64,000 nt of DNA from Mobula birostris (Eukaryota), in contig NC_092374.1 in the NCBI RefSeq assembly GCF_030028105.1, positions 90,424,491-90,488,490 of the forward strand, in the 5' to 3' direction. The notes beneath the pieces are model-generated. The model did not search any database and was not told the origin of the DNA. It saw only the letters and a list, made by a program, of their open reading frames with translations. Below, in pieces: positions 1-12,125 of this stretch (its first letter is position 1; each line of letters begins with the position of its first letter). The position numbers and the translations under genes were made by a program.

Positions 1-254
1 AGGACAGTCATCATTCGGGACATGCCCTCTTGGCATTGCTACCATAGGGGAAGAGATACAGGAGCCTGCAGACGCACACTCAATAATGAATCATTTAGCA
101 ACAGCTTCTTCCCCTCTGCCATCAGATTTCTAAACGGCCATTGAATCTATGAACACTTTTCATCACTTCTTACATAATTTTATGTATTGCACTGTACTGC
201 TGCTGCAAAAACAAAACCAAGTTTTGTGATGTGTGAGTGATGATAAACCTGATT
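1..254 (+). mobile_element. Rex1/Babar-like LINE 3' remnant
   Basis: Decayed HHPGHALF..LP.GRRYRSL..F.NSFFPSAIRFLN coding end followed by a tail ending 'gataaacctgattctgat'; same module recurs many times in the window. Confidence 0.7.
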
Positions 255-777
255 CTGATATGGGTCTCGATTGTGGACTGAGATTGGGAAGGGGGCCAGG
301 AGAGGGGAATAATGTTTGGGAAAGGGGGAAGGGCAAGGGGAGGGAGCAGGAACCATCAGAGTGACATTCTGTAATAATCAATAAATCAATTATTTGGAGT
401 CAAAAAGAGTTTGGCTTGTGTCTCACAACATATGCCAATGACATTAAATGTGATTCTGATACTGGGGTAGGAAAGCTCACCAGGAAGGGCGGGCTGAATA
501 CCGAATAACATGACCCTCTGAGTGTGGGGGGGGGGTCAAAATCCTCCACTAGGAAGCTCCCACCCACCCACATTGAGGACAGGGGGGTCTGTTGACACTG
601 GGATCTGGAGCAACACACAAAGTGTGGGAGAAATTCCATGAGTCAGATAGCAACTGTGGAGGGAAATGGACAGTCAGCATTTTGGGCTGATACCCCTATC
701 TGTTCTAGCCCAACCTGTTGTGTTCCTTCAGTGTTTTCACCCTCACTGAGACCATGAGTTCAAGGAGCAGTGTAGGC

Positions 778-1247
778 CGGGGGCCATGGTCGAGTGGTCG
801 GTGACTTGGGCCGGTTCCCCCACCGAACTTAGTCTGGTGAGGAGGATGTGAGGACACCCAGCAGGACTAAAAAAAAAGACCTGACAAAGGGTGGATGAGC
901 TCCTTGTGAGCCAATGGCCATCTTCCGTGGAAGAGATTAAAGTCTCACCATGTATCTGCGAATCATATGCTATGCACCTAGTTAGGAGAGATATGATGAA
1001 CTTGGGCGCGGCACCGTGTGCCTGGACCTGCCCAAGGCCTCCGCCAAAGGAAGGGCTGAGCTCGAAGAAGCGGCTGCAGCTGGAGGCCAACACGGCCTCG
1101 GGCTCCAGTTCAGCAGGCGGTGCCAAGGCGGCCAGCAAGAACAAACTGGAGGAGAGGCTGTACTCGGTGCTGTCGCAAGATCGAAGAAGATGGAGGTGCA
1201 TAGCCGCCAACCCTGGATTCGGGATGGCACCCACTGACTGACTGACT
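778..1247 (+). mobile_element. SINE-like element with A-box-like head and RTE-like 3' tail, carrying a foreign insert
   Basis: 'tggtcgagtgg' A-box-like motif near 787; tail reads MMNL/SQDRRRWRCIAANP (LINE-end-like) and ends in (ctga)n at ~1233-1247. Confidence 0.5.
1007..1172 (+). pseudogene. CYHR1: Circularly permuted fragment of a CYHR1/ZFTRAF1-like coding exon
   Basis: 1013-1042 encodes [10 protein letters not shown]; 1044-1172 encodes PKEGLSSKKRLQLE...[12 protein letters not shown]. Recalled vertebrate CYHR1 reads [25 protein letters not shown], i.e. the opposite order. Confidence 0.75.
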
Positions 1248-1248
1248 G

Positions 1249-1595
1249 TAGGCCACTCATCAAATCAATTCTGTTCCACCATCAAATTATGGCTGATTTT
1301 TACCCAACTCCATTCTTCTTCTTTTTCCCTATGTCCCTTAACTACCTTATCAATCTCTGCCTTAAGTACACCCAGCGACTTATCCTCCTCAGCCATCTCT
1401 GGCAATTAATCTCACCACTTTATGGCTGAAGAAGCTCCTCCTCATCTCAGTTCTAAAGGGACACCCTTTCATTCTAACTCTGTGCCCTCAGACCCAAGAC
1501 TCTCCTACCAATGGAACTATCCTCTCCAATTCCACTCTATCCACGACTTTCAGTAGATTCCCCCCTCGTCCTTCCGAACTCCATCAAGTACAGGT
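1249..1595 (-). mobile_element. CR1 LINE 3' fragment
   Basis: Same 3' module as other CR1 copies (GHR.RMKGCPFRTEMRRSFF..VV on minus strand). Confidence 0.7.
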
Positions 1596-1871
1596 CCGGA
1601 GATGTCAGACACTCCTCCCACATCAAGCCTTGGGCTCATTCCCGTGAGCCTCCTCTGGATCTTCCTTGTATTCCTCGCCCCTTGCTCAGGGACAGGGACA
1701 AGATTCCTTGGCCTTCTCATTGCTACCATGAAAGAGGAGGTACAGGAGTTTGAAAACATTTTAGGGACCGTTTCTTCCCCCTCATCCATCAGATTTCTGA
1801 GCGGGCAACAAATCCATGTAAGCTACATCACTTTGTTCTCTTTTTACGCTACTTTTTTAATTTAATATATA

Positions 1872-3373
1872 CAGTGTCTGCAAAAAGTATTAAACCCCTT
1901 GGAAGTTTTCATGTTTTACTGTTTTACAACATTGAATCACAGTGGATTTAATTTGGCTTTTTTTTGATGCTGATCAACAGAAAAAGACTCCTTCATGTCA
2001 AAGTGAAAACATCTCTACAAAGTGATCTAAATTAATTGCAAATATAAAACAAAATAATTGATTTCATGTATATTTATCCCCCTTTAATATGACACACCAA
2101 ATCATCACTGATTTTAGAAGTCACATAGTTAGTCAAATGGAGATCTGTTTTTGGAGACCTGTGTGCAGCTAAGGTGTTTCAATTGATTGTAGTAAAAATA
2201 CACCTGTATCTGGAAGGTCCAACTGCTGGCGAGTCAGTTTCCTGGCAAAAACTACACTGTGAAAACAAAAGAACACTCCAAGCAACTCACAAAAAAGTTA
2301 TTGAAAAGCACAAATCAGGAGATGAATACATGAAAATTTCCAAGTCACGGAATATTCCTTGGAGTACAGTTAAGTTAATCAACAAGAAATGGAAAGAATA
2401 TGTATGGCACAGCTGTAAATCTGCCTAGAGCAGGCCGTCCTCAAAAACTGAGTGACTGTGAGGAAGAGACTCATGACCAGGAGTTACAAGCTTCAGTGGC
2501 TGAGTTGGGGGAGACTGCACATTCAACAACTGTTGCCCAGGTGCTTCACCAGTCACAGCTTTATGGGAGAGTGGCAAAGAGAAAGCCACTGTTGATAAAA
2601 AAAAGCTCACATGAAATCTCAGCTAGGGTTTGCTAGAAGGCATGTGGGAGACTAAAGTCAATTGGAAGAAGCCAAACGCCGCACATAATCAAAAACACAC
2701 CATCCCTATCGTGAAGCATGGTGGTGGCTGCATCATGCTGTGGGGATGCTTCACTGCAGCAGATCCTGGAAAGCTTGTGAAGGTGGAGGGTAAAATGAAT
2801 GCGGCAAAATACAGAGAAATCCTGGAAGAAAACCTAATGCAGTCTATAAGAGAACTGTAATTTGGGAGATTTGTTTTCCGGCAAGATAATGACCCCAAGC
2901 ATAAAGCCAAAGCTACACAGTAATGGCTTAAAAACAATGTCCTGGAGTGGCTAAGACGGGGTCCAGACCTCGATCTAATTGCAAATTTGTGGCTGGACTC
3001 GATCCCCATGCAATCTGACAGAGCTTGAGCAGTTTTGTAAAGAAGAATGAGGAAGCATGGCAGTGCCTAGATGTGCAAAGCTGTTAGAGGCCTATCCACA
3101 CAGACTCAAGGCTGTAATGGAGGTGTTTCTACTAACTACTAACTTAAAAGAGGGTGAATACTTATGCAATCAATTATCTTGTGTTTTATATTTGTAATTA
3201 ATTTAGATCAATTTGTAGAGATGTGCTTTTACTTTGACATGAAAGAGTCTTTCTATTGACCAGTGTCAAAAAAAGCCAAATTAAATCTACTGTGAGTCAA
3301 ATCTGTAAAACAATAAAATATGAGAACTTCTGGGGGCTGGGAAGAGGGCATTGAATACGTTTTATAGGCACTG
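1872..3373 (+). mobile_element. Tc1-like DNA transposon, degenerate
   Basis: TA|cagtg...cactg|TA ends; ~200-bp inverted repeats; broken transposase frames (GRPQKLS, KHGGGCIMLWGCF, QDNDPKH, PDLDLIANLW); internal deletion near the first catalytic D. Confidence 0.92.
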
Positions 3374-3387
3374 TACATTTCTAAGAA

Positions 3388-3745
3388 TGGTGGGGTGCAG
3401 ATATGTCTTTACCAAGGGAGGTGTAAGGCGCTCCTTCCCTCCGTTAGCCTGCAGGTCACCCTTGGGCAAGGTGTAGGAGCTGTTTAGCCCCCAGTCAGGG
3501 TCATGTGAAGCCAAGGGAGCAGGTGGTACATATCACAAGTCCTGGTTATGTGACCACTGACGCCAGGCAGACAATCTCTGAGGAATGTTGACAATGGGTG
3601 GGGTCACCCATCTTGGAAAGACACTGCCCAGAAGAAAACAATGGCAAACCACTTCTGTAGAAAAATTGCCAAGAACAATCATGGTCATGGAAAGACTTTG
3701 ATCAGCTATGTCATATGAGAAGGCACATAATGGTGATGATGATAT
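3388..3745 (+). mobile_element. SINE family A (ends ggcaaaccacttctgtagaaaaattgccaag...(gat)n)
   Basis: Similar copies at ~22310-22680, ~43785-44165 and ~49432-49740 (all minus). Confidence 0.75.
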
Positions 3746-4087
3746 TTCTTATTATAATTTATAGATTATTATTATGCATTGCTCTATACTGCTGCTGCAA
3801 AACAACAAATTCATAACATATGCCAGCGATATTAAACCTGATTCTGACTCTGATTCAGGAAGGAGGTAGCTTTTCTGTACACTTTCAAGATCAGTACAAT
3901 GACTGAAGGTCCAACAAGATCAGGCAATGCATTTACCTATGCCCCTGTTACCATGTTGAGATAAATATACAGTGTATATCTTAATCCCCTCCACTTTCTT
4001 CCCTAGTAATAATGATGGGAGCCAACAGGAGAGTAACTGCAGGAGGGCCTCACCCTCGACGAGGAAGGAGTGACCATCGGTCTAAGG

Positions 4088-4170
4088 CAGGGGCCCCTAA
4101 CCTGGGATCTATGGTCCACTTGGTTAATTGTATTTGTCCATGGCATTAAAAAATTTGGCAATCCCCAGTC
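4088..4170. mobile_element. Small hAT-type MITE, decayed
   Basis: caggggcccctaacc ... tttggcaatccccag imperfect terminal inverted repeats. Confidence 0.45.
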
Positions 4171-4244
4171 TAAAGAGACAGAAGTAATTATAGCACAATG
4201 ACAGATTGTCAAAAGCAAAGATGGAGAGGAGAGAAGGTCTACTT

Positions 4245-4470
4245 TCCTCTCCTATCAGATTACTTCCTCTTCACCCCTTTATCTTTCCCACCGACCTGGC
4301 TTCACCTGTCACCTTCTAGCTATCTTCTTTCCCCTTCCCCCACCCTCACTTTTTTATTCTGGCATCTTCTCCATTCCTGAAGAAGGGTCTCAACACAAAA
4401 CGTCAACTGTTAAGTCATTTCCGTAGATGCTGCTTGACCTGCTGAGTTCCTCCAGCGTTTTGTGTGTAAC
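4245..4470 (+). mobile_element. Penelope-derived non-autonomous 3' segment with degenerate hammerhead
   Basis: ctgaagaagggtctcaacacaaaacgtc followed by gatgctgc..gacctgctgagttcctccagc tail shared by many copies. Confidence 0.65.
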
Positions 4471-4611
4471 GCTTAGGAGGCCAAGGATTGCCAAGCTGCC
4501 TTGTCCTTGTGGAAATCCAAGGTCATGAGCAAATTTCTTCACCCAGAGAGCCAGCGAGGCAAGGAGGGAGTTCACTGGTGTTGGCCGCCCTATCCCTAGT
4601 AAACTGCCAGC

Positions 4612-4912
4612 CTCTTTGACAAACATCTATAAATGCACAGTGCAGAGCATCCTGCCGGACTGCACCACAGCCTGCTATGGAAACGCCAATGCCCAGCAAC
4701 AGAAAGTTCTACTTCTTACAGTCCAGTACGTCACAGGCAAATTCCCCCGTACCACCACCAAGTACATTTACAAGGAGTGCTGCCATTTGAAAGCAGCATC
4801 CATCATTAAAGACCCCCACAAATCCAGGCTATGCTCTCTTCTCACTACTACTATGGGCAGGAGATACAGAAGCCTTAGGTCCCACTCCACCAGGTTCAGG
4901 AAAAGTTATTAA
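4612..4912 (+). mobile_element. Rex1-like LINE C-terminal fragment
   Basis: ORF 4616-4912: YKCTVQSIL..C.TACYGN ... SIIKDPH ... GRRYRSLRSHSTRFRKSY. Confidence 0.75.
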
Positions 4913-4913
4913 G

Positions 4914-6140
4914 ACCATAAGACATAGGAGCAGAATTAGGTCTTTCAGCCAGTCAACTCTGCTCCATCATTCTATCATGGCTGATTTATACACCTCTCAG
5001 CTCCATTCTCCTGCTTTCTCCCCATAACCTTTGACAGTAATCGAGAACCTATCAACCTCCACTTTAAATATACCCAATGACAACCTCCATAGCTGTCCAT
5101 GGCAATAAGTTCCACATATTCACCACCCTCTGGCTTAAGGAATTCCTCCTCATCTCTGTTCTAAAGGGACGTGCTTGTATTCAGAGGCTGTGCCCTCTGG
5201 TAGTAGACTCCGCTACTATAGGAAACATCTCCTCCATGTCCACTCTATCTAGACCTTTCAATATTTGATAAGTTTCACTGAGATCCCCTCTCACTCTTCT
5301 AAATTCCAGCGAGTACAGGACAAGAGCTATCTCGCGCTCATCATTAAGTTAACCCACTCATTCCCCTACAGCCATCAACTAGCATTAATAATTTCACTCA
5401 TCGCATCACTGAACTGATTCCACAACCTACAGACCCATTTTTAAATCAATTACAACTCATGTTCTCCGTATTATTTATTATTTGCGATATCTGTCTTCTT
5501 TTGCACATTGGCTGTTTGTCCAACTTTGTTTGTGAATAATTTTCATAAATTCTACTGAATTTCTTTATTTTCCTGTGAGTTCCCGCAAGATAGTGAATCT
5601 CATGACAGTATATGGTGACATACAAGACCATAAGACCATGAGCCATAGGAACAGAATTAGGCCATTCAGCCCATCGAGTCTGCTCCACCATTCTATCATG
5701 GCTGATCCCGGATCCCACTGAACCCCACACACCTGCCTTCTCACCATATCCTTTGATGCCCTGACCGACCAGGAAACCTTCAACTTCCACCTTAACTATA
5801 CCGACCAGCTTGGCCTCCACCACAGTCTGTGGCAGAGCATTCCACTGATTCACTACACCCTGGCTAAAAAAAAAATCCTGCTCACCTCTGTTCTAAAAGG
5901 TCACCCCTCAATTTTGAGCTGTGCTTTCTAGTTCTGGACACCCCCACCATAGGAAACATCCTCTCCACATCCACCCTATCTAGTCTTTTCAACGTTTGGC
6001 AGGTTTCAATGAGATTCCCCCCCCCCCCCCCAATTCAGTGTGTACAAGCCCAAAGCTGCCAAATACTCCTCATATGTTAACCCCTTCATTCCTGGAATCA
6101 TCCTTTTGAAACTCTTCTGGACTCTCTCCAATGACAACAT
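4914..6140 (-). mobile_element. Two CR1 3' fragments (~4914-5365, ~5622-6140) with intervening Rex tail
   Basis: NQWNALPQTVVEAK...GIKGYGEKAG; tails begin aagaccataagacc. Confidence 0.7.
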
Positions 6141-6934
6141 GCGTACTTTGATAATATTGTACGTTTACTTTGACTTTGTCTTTCAAGCAGGTAGGGTGAA
6201 CACGCACTGTGTTCTTCATAGGGGTGAGGAATTCAAGAAATGGTGGGCATAGGCTTGAGATGAGATGGGAGGGAGTTAAAAGGGGAGCTGAGGGACAATG
6301 TCTTCACCTAGAAGGTGGTCAGCATACAGATCGAGCTGCCGCAGGGAGAAGTTGAGGCAGGTGCACTGACACCTTAAACAAAGGACGATGCACCTCGGGT
6401 CACAGAGCACAGAAACAGGCCCTTCAGCCCATCAGGCTAAGGCCAGTCTTTTTGCTCATCTACCCACATTAGGACCCGATCCTCCTGGGTGTTCTCCCAA
6501 ATGCTTCATAAATGTAGTGGTTGTGGCAGATTGTGTCACAATAGGTAGACAGTACACAGGGAGATGTGGCAATTGGTAAAATTCCACTTTCCCCAGAACA
6601 GTTAAATCATCAGGCTCTGAACCTTAGATGACAGCATCACTCACCTCAAATCTGAAACTGCTTCCACAACCTTTAAGCGCCCTACAACTCATAATCTTGA
6701 CATTTATTGCTTGTTTATTTATTTTCATTTCTCTTTTTCTTTATATTTGCACAGCCTGTTGTCTTTTAAACATTGGTTGTTTGTCCGCCTTGGTTGAGTG
6801 CAGTTTTTTCATTGACTCTACTGCGTTTCTTTGCACTTACTGTGCCTGCCCACAAGACAATGAATCTCAGGGTAGTACACAGTGACATATATGTAGTTTG
6901 ATAATAAACTTACTTTGAACCTACTGGTGCAATT

Positions 6935-7460
6935 CTACACTGCCATCATAGAGAGCATCTTCACATCAGCTATTGCTGTCTGGTTTGACGCAGCATTCTC
7001 TCACAGTGTATGAACACTACAGCCAACTGTCAGGTCAGCAGAAACGGTCATTGGCTGCAGTCCACCATCACTGCAGGACTCATCTGTGTCCAAGATTAAA
7101 AAAGCAGGCAGAAAAAATCAATACGGACACTACCCTCCCTGCAAGCTGCTTTTTCCAAAAGCTCACTTCTGGAAAACACGATAAGGCTATTAAAAAAACA
7201 AAACTTTTTCGCCATCTTAAAACTTTCTACCCTCAGGCAGTTAATATGACCTATCATTCTAGTTAGTCCCCCACACCCATCTGTACTGTGCTGTAAACAC
7301 CACTTTTAACTACAATTTATAATGCTGTTTTCATTGTAAATAAATGCTGGGATTTAGTATTTATGCCCATTTTATTCCATATCCATACTTTAGGCTCCAA
7401 CTTTACTTTTATATAATTCCTTATAATTGTTGAACATTGTTGTTTTTGTCACCAGTCATG
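6935..7460 (+). mobile_element. Rex1-related LINE 3' fragment
   Basis: Related copy at ~19130-19470 (minus); decayed YTAIIESI..SAIAVWF. Confidence 0.55.
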
Positions 7461-8261
7461 CTCTGACCAAAACACCACAGTCCTAATATATATAAAAAAG
7501 TATATGGTGAATAAAGTTGTTCCTTGATATGAGCCAAATGCGGAAAAATGGGACAAACTTAGATGGACACCATAGCACTTCCATGTTATGATCCTGCAAC
7601 CTCCCCCAAAAGGCTTTCCAACTTTGACCCATGCAAGGAACACTCTTCGTTCAAAAGTAAAGTCTGCCTCCTCTCCTCTCTCAACTACAGAATTCCCGCA
7701 GACCAAATGCAGAATTTGGATTGGAGATGTTCCAAATCTATCAGTCTCCCGGTCTTGCCGTCTTCCCGTTACTATCCGGAACCGAGCCCGCAGGATGCGT
7801 GACGGGACAGCGCAGTGAGGCAGACGGGAGGGTGGGGACAGAGGCTGTGAGTCAGATCCCTGGGGAAACTGATCAATCACGGATTATGCAGAGCTGGGAG
7901 GTTCGGGAGCAAGGTGACCGAGCGGTTGATATCTGAGTCGCTGCAGTCCTTTCGAGTCGGGCGTTATTTTTCAGGCGTTGGCGCTGGCTAAGATCAGCAT
8001 TTATTGTTTACTCCTTACTGCCCTCGAGGATGTGGGGTCGAGCCACCTCCTTGATCCTCTGCTGTCCTTCTGTCGCTCCCACTATGCCTTTGGGGAGGGA
8101 TTTCCAGACTCATGCCGCAAGAGCCTCCGGTATACAGGTAATTGCTTGTGTCTTGGATAGGCCTACAAGCTACTCATGCGACAGCAACAACTCCCCATTT
8201 ACGTAGCAGGAGATGTGTGAGAGTAGTCAAAGAGGTATGATCACACCAAACTTGGCAGCAA

Positions 8262-8860
8262 GGTATAAGATCACAAGACACAGAAGCAGAATTAGGCCAT
8301 TCTGCCCATCAAGCCTGTTCCACCATTCCATCATAGCTGATTTATTATTCCTTTCAACCTCATTCGTCTGCTTTCTCCCCACAACCTTGACACCCTTATT
8401 AATCAAGAATCTTTCAACCTCTAAATACACTCCATGACTTGACCCTCACAACCATCTGTGGCAATGAATTCCACAGATTCACCATTCTCTAGCTAAAGGA
8501 ATTCCTCATCTCTGTTCTAAACATCCCGAACATCTCTATTCAAGGAACATCTTTATATACTGAGGCTGTGCCCTTTGACCCTAGACTCCCCCAGTACAGG
8601 AATCTTCCTCTCCACATCCACTCTGTCTAAGCCTTTCATTATTCGATAGGTTTCAATGAGATCCCCCCCCCCCCCCATTCTTCTAAACTCCAGCAAGTAC
8701 AGGCCCAGAGGCATCAAATGCTCCTCATATGTTAACCCTTCCATCCCCAGGATCATTCTCAAGAACCTCCTCTGGACCCTTGCCAATGCTGGCACACCCT
8801 TTCATACATAGGGGGATAAGGAAACCGAAGCCGCTCACAATATTGGTCTGACCAGTAATG
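8262..8860 (-). mobile_element. CR1 LINE 3' fragment
   Basis: ORF 8553-8795 VQRRFLRMILGMEGLTYEE...GDLIETYRIMKGLDRVD. Confidence 0.8.
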
Positions 8861-9929
8861 TTAAGTCTTAACATTACAACCTTGCTCATGTATTCTAATA
8901 CAAGAAGTGATTTCAGGCTCATGAACGAAAAACTGGGAAAGAGAGATAGAGTGTTATGGGTGAGAGGGGGAGAGGGGAGAGCCATAGCAAAGGAATTCAG
9001 CTCATCAGGCAGCATCTATGAAGGGGAATAAAACGGTTGACATTTCAGACCGAGACCCTTCAGCAGGAAAGGGAAGAAGCCAGAATATGAAGGTGGGTGG
9101 AGAGCAGGAAATAAGTACAAGCTGGCAGGTGATAGGTGAGACCAGGTGAAGGGGAAGGTAAGTGGATGGGCGGGCCTTTATTGCATGGCCCACTCTCCTC
9201 TCCTATCAAATTCCTTCTTCTTCAGTTCTTTACCTTTTCCTCAGCTTCTTACTTCACCCCTCCTTTTCCACATACCCACCTTCCCCTTCACCTGGTCTCA
9301 CTGGCCAGCTTGGACTCCTTCCACATCTCCCCCACCTTCTTATTCTGGCTTCTGCCCCCCACCCCCAACTTCCCTTTCAGTCCTGGCGAAAGGTCTGGGC
9401 CTGAAATGTCAACTGTTTATTCATTTCCGTAAGTGCTGCCTGACCTGCTGAGTTCCTCCAGCACTTCGTGTGCTTTTCCAGCACCCGTGCCTCTGGAAGG
9501 AATTCATTATGTTGAGGGTGAGGTAGCTGTATCCGGTGTGATACTTCCACAGTGGAATTGCCTGAGGTCACAACGATCTCCGGTGACCGTGAAAAATCGA
9601 TTAATTGCCCCATTCGTAAATTAAACCACACGCAGACAAAATGACAGAGCGACTGGCGAGCTGTTCCTCCACATTAAGCTCCACAGTTGGTGCGTTACTG
9701 ACCTTGCCTGGTACCCAGGCGCGTGGCAGTCACAAGCAGCCAATTCCCATGTCTGAACACCATCCGGGCGCATTGCATCACCCTGCCCCATGCCCCTCCT
9801 GGGTACCCGGCAAGGTCAATAAAGCACTCGCTGTGTAATGTGACCTTGTGATCCCCTCTCCACATAGCCTGGCATATTCCAGTCCTTCGCCCTCAATGCC
9901 GGGCTCCAACCAGCCAACACTACTACTCC

Positions 9930-12010
9930 TGTTCCCCCTTCTCCCTCTCTCCCCTCCTGGTGCCCTGTCACACACCCCGCTGCCCCTCCCTCCACTCAAC
10001 ACCTCCTCCTGTCCCTGCTTCCCTCTCCCTTAGGCTCCAATTAGCCTCCCTCTCCAAACCTCTCATTCTCCCTCCTCACCATTGATCACCACCTCCCCAG
10101 CCCTCAGTTTCATTCTTGCGCTCCCCACTTCCTTCACACTTCTCAACCTCACCTATCACTCTCCTTATCCCACTCCCCTCCCTCCCCTTCCCCACAGTCT
10201 TCCCCACCCCTTACTACTCCCCCACCACTGACATCCCTTCCCTGGCTCCTCTCCCCACCCCTTCTCCTTCCCCACAACGTCCATACCCCTCAGTCCCCAC
10301 TCCCTATCTGTTCAACTGCTCCACTCTAACTGCCCCCTCGCAACCTAACTCACCCGGTCCCCAATGAAAATTTCTCCAACTCTTAATACCTTCCTGCACC
10401 TCAACACCCACTCACTACTCTCACCTACACCTCCTTCTGCCCCCTCCATCCGTTCACGCCCTGCCTGCCATATCTCCCCAACTCCTCCCTCACTCTTTCC
10501 CTCTCCTCTCCCCTCCATTCCTCCCCACCCCTCACCCCTCTCCCCCTCCCCCTCCGTCCAATCACGCCCTTCCTGCTATATCTCCCCACCCCTCACCAAT
10601 TCCTCCCTTCCCCCTCCTTCACTCTCTCCTCCCTTCCATCCAGTCACGCTCATCCCTCACTCTTTCCTTTCCTCTCCTCTCCGTCCAATCACGCCCTTCC
10701 TGCCATCCCTCACATCCCTTACCAACTCCTCCCTTCCCCCTCCCCTCACTCTCCCCTCCCTTCCATCCAGTCACGCCCTTCCTACCAACCCTCCCCCACC
10801 CCCACACCCCTTCCCTACTTCTTCCCTCCCCACCCCTCAATCTCTCCCCTCCATGCACTCTCCCCACCCCTCCCCTACTTTTTCCCTCCCCACCCCTCAC
10901 ACCCCTCCCCTACTTCTCCCTTCCCCACTCTTCAGTCTCTACCCCCCATCCAGTTACGCCGTTGCTACTACCACTCCTCACCTCCTCCGTCCAATCACGC
11001 CCTTCCTGCCATACCTCCACACCCCTCCCCTACTTCTTCCTTCCCCAGTCCTCAATCTCTCCCTCTCCCCTCCTCTCTGTCCAGTCACGGCTTTCCTGCC
11101 ACCCCCCACCCTCCCCGCTCCTCCCTCTTCCCCAACTCCCCTCCGTACCTCCCGGTCTTCCGATCGGTGTGAAATGCCTTCTCGCCGCTGCAGTCTGCAG
11201 CTCCCGCAGCCCCTGCAGAGAAAGCGCTCGGCCCGCCCTCCGCAGGCCCCGCTCCCCACACCAGGGGCGGGCAGCCAGCGGGAGCTGGAAACACCACTAT
11301 TCATCAGTCAACCCCTCTGCCAGTCTCCGCCTCCCTCTCCCTCTCTCCGCCGCACCCGTTATCCCCCACCCCCGCTCCTTTCGACTGCATGCCCTTCCCT
11401 TCCCTTCCTCTCCCCACATTCTCTTATCCTCTCCGTCCGTACTAGCTGGATCTCTCCTACTGACCCCCCCCCCCGCCCCGTCCATCCCCCATTCCTTTTT
11501 CCTTGGGCTCTCTCTTTCTTTCCCCTCCCCCCTATCTCTATTCTGCTTTCCCTTTCTCTCCCTATCCCTCTTCCCTCCCTGGCTTTCTGTCACTCCCCAC
11601 TCTCCCTTTCCCTCTGTATCAATCTCTTTATCTTCCTCCATCACCTCTCCCCCTCTATTTTCCTGTATGTCTTTCTTCCTCTCTGCCTCTCCATCCCTCT
11701 TTGTCTCCCTGCCCCTCTCTTGCTTTGCTAATCTCCCCGTTCTCCCTTCCTGCAGTATATCCAGCTCCTTCACCCCTCCTTTTCCCGTATTTCCCCATTA
11801 CCATCACTCTCTCTCTAAACCTCTCCTTTCTGTATCTCACCATCTTCTGCCCCCTCTATCTTTGTCTCTCTCTTCCTCCATCTGCCTCCTCTCTCTTCAC
11901 ATCTCTCATCAGTTTCCTCTCGCTCTCCATGGTCCTGCATCACCCTCCCCTGCCTGCCCTTTTCCATCTCCCTCCTGTCCCTGTCGCTGTACCCACCCTC
12001 CTCCCTGCTC
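9930..12010. repeat. Polypyrimidine/polypurine low-complexity tracts flanking a GC-rich core at ~11140-11360
   Basis: Almost pure C/T on + strand; explains the Pro/Ser-rich 455-aa and 351-aa pseudo-ORFs. Confidence 0.9.
11149..11330 (-). other. Candidate GC-rich exon of an unidentified minus-strand transcript
   Basis: CpG-rich unique core; donor-like GAG|gtacgg at 11149/11148; acceptor-like tttccag and ctctgcag inside. Confidence 0.25.
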
Positions 12011-12125
12011 TGCCTGACACTGTCCTTAAATGCCTGGTTTTCCTCAAGCTGAAGACGTACTGCACTGCAGACTGCAGTAATGAATGCGAGTGTCTGCAGG
12101 GTTGCCGTGTTGCCCTGGCACTCAC

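Noticed and set aside
891-1241. 116-aa ORF as an intact gene
   Set aside because: Chimera of repeat sequence and a permuted gene fragment; the [10 protein letters not shown] part is out of frame.
7660-7715. VCGNSVVERGEEAD on minus strand, resembling the ADAM disintegrin motif CGNxxVExGEECDCG
   Set aside because: Following cysteines are absent and there are no suitable splice sites; probably chance.
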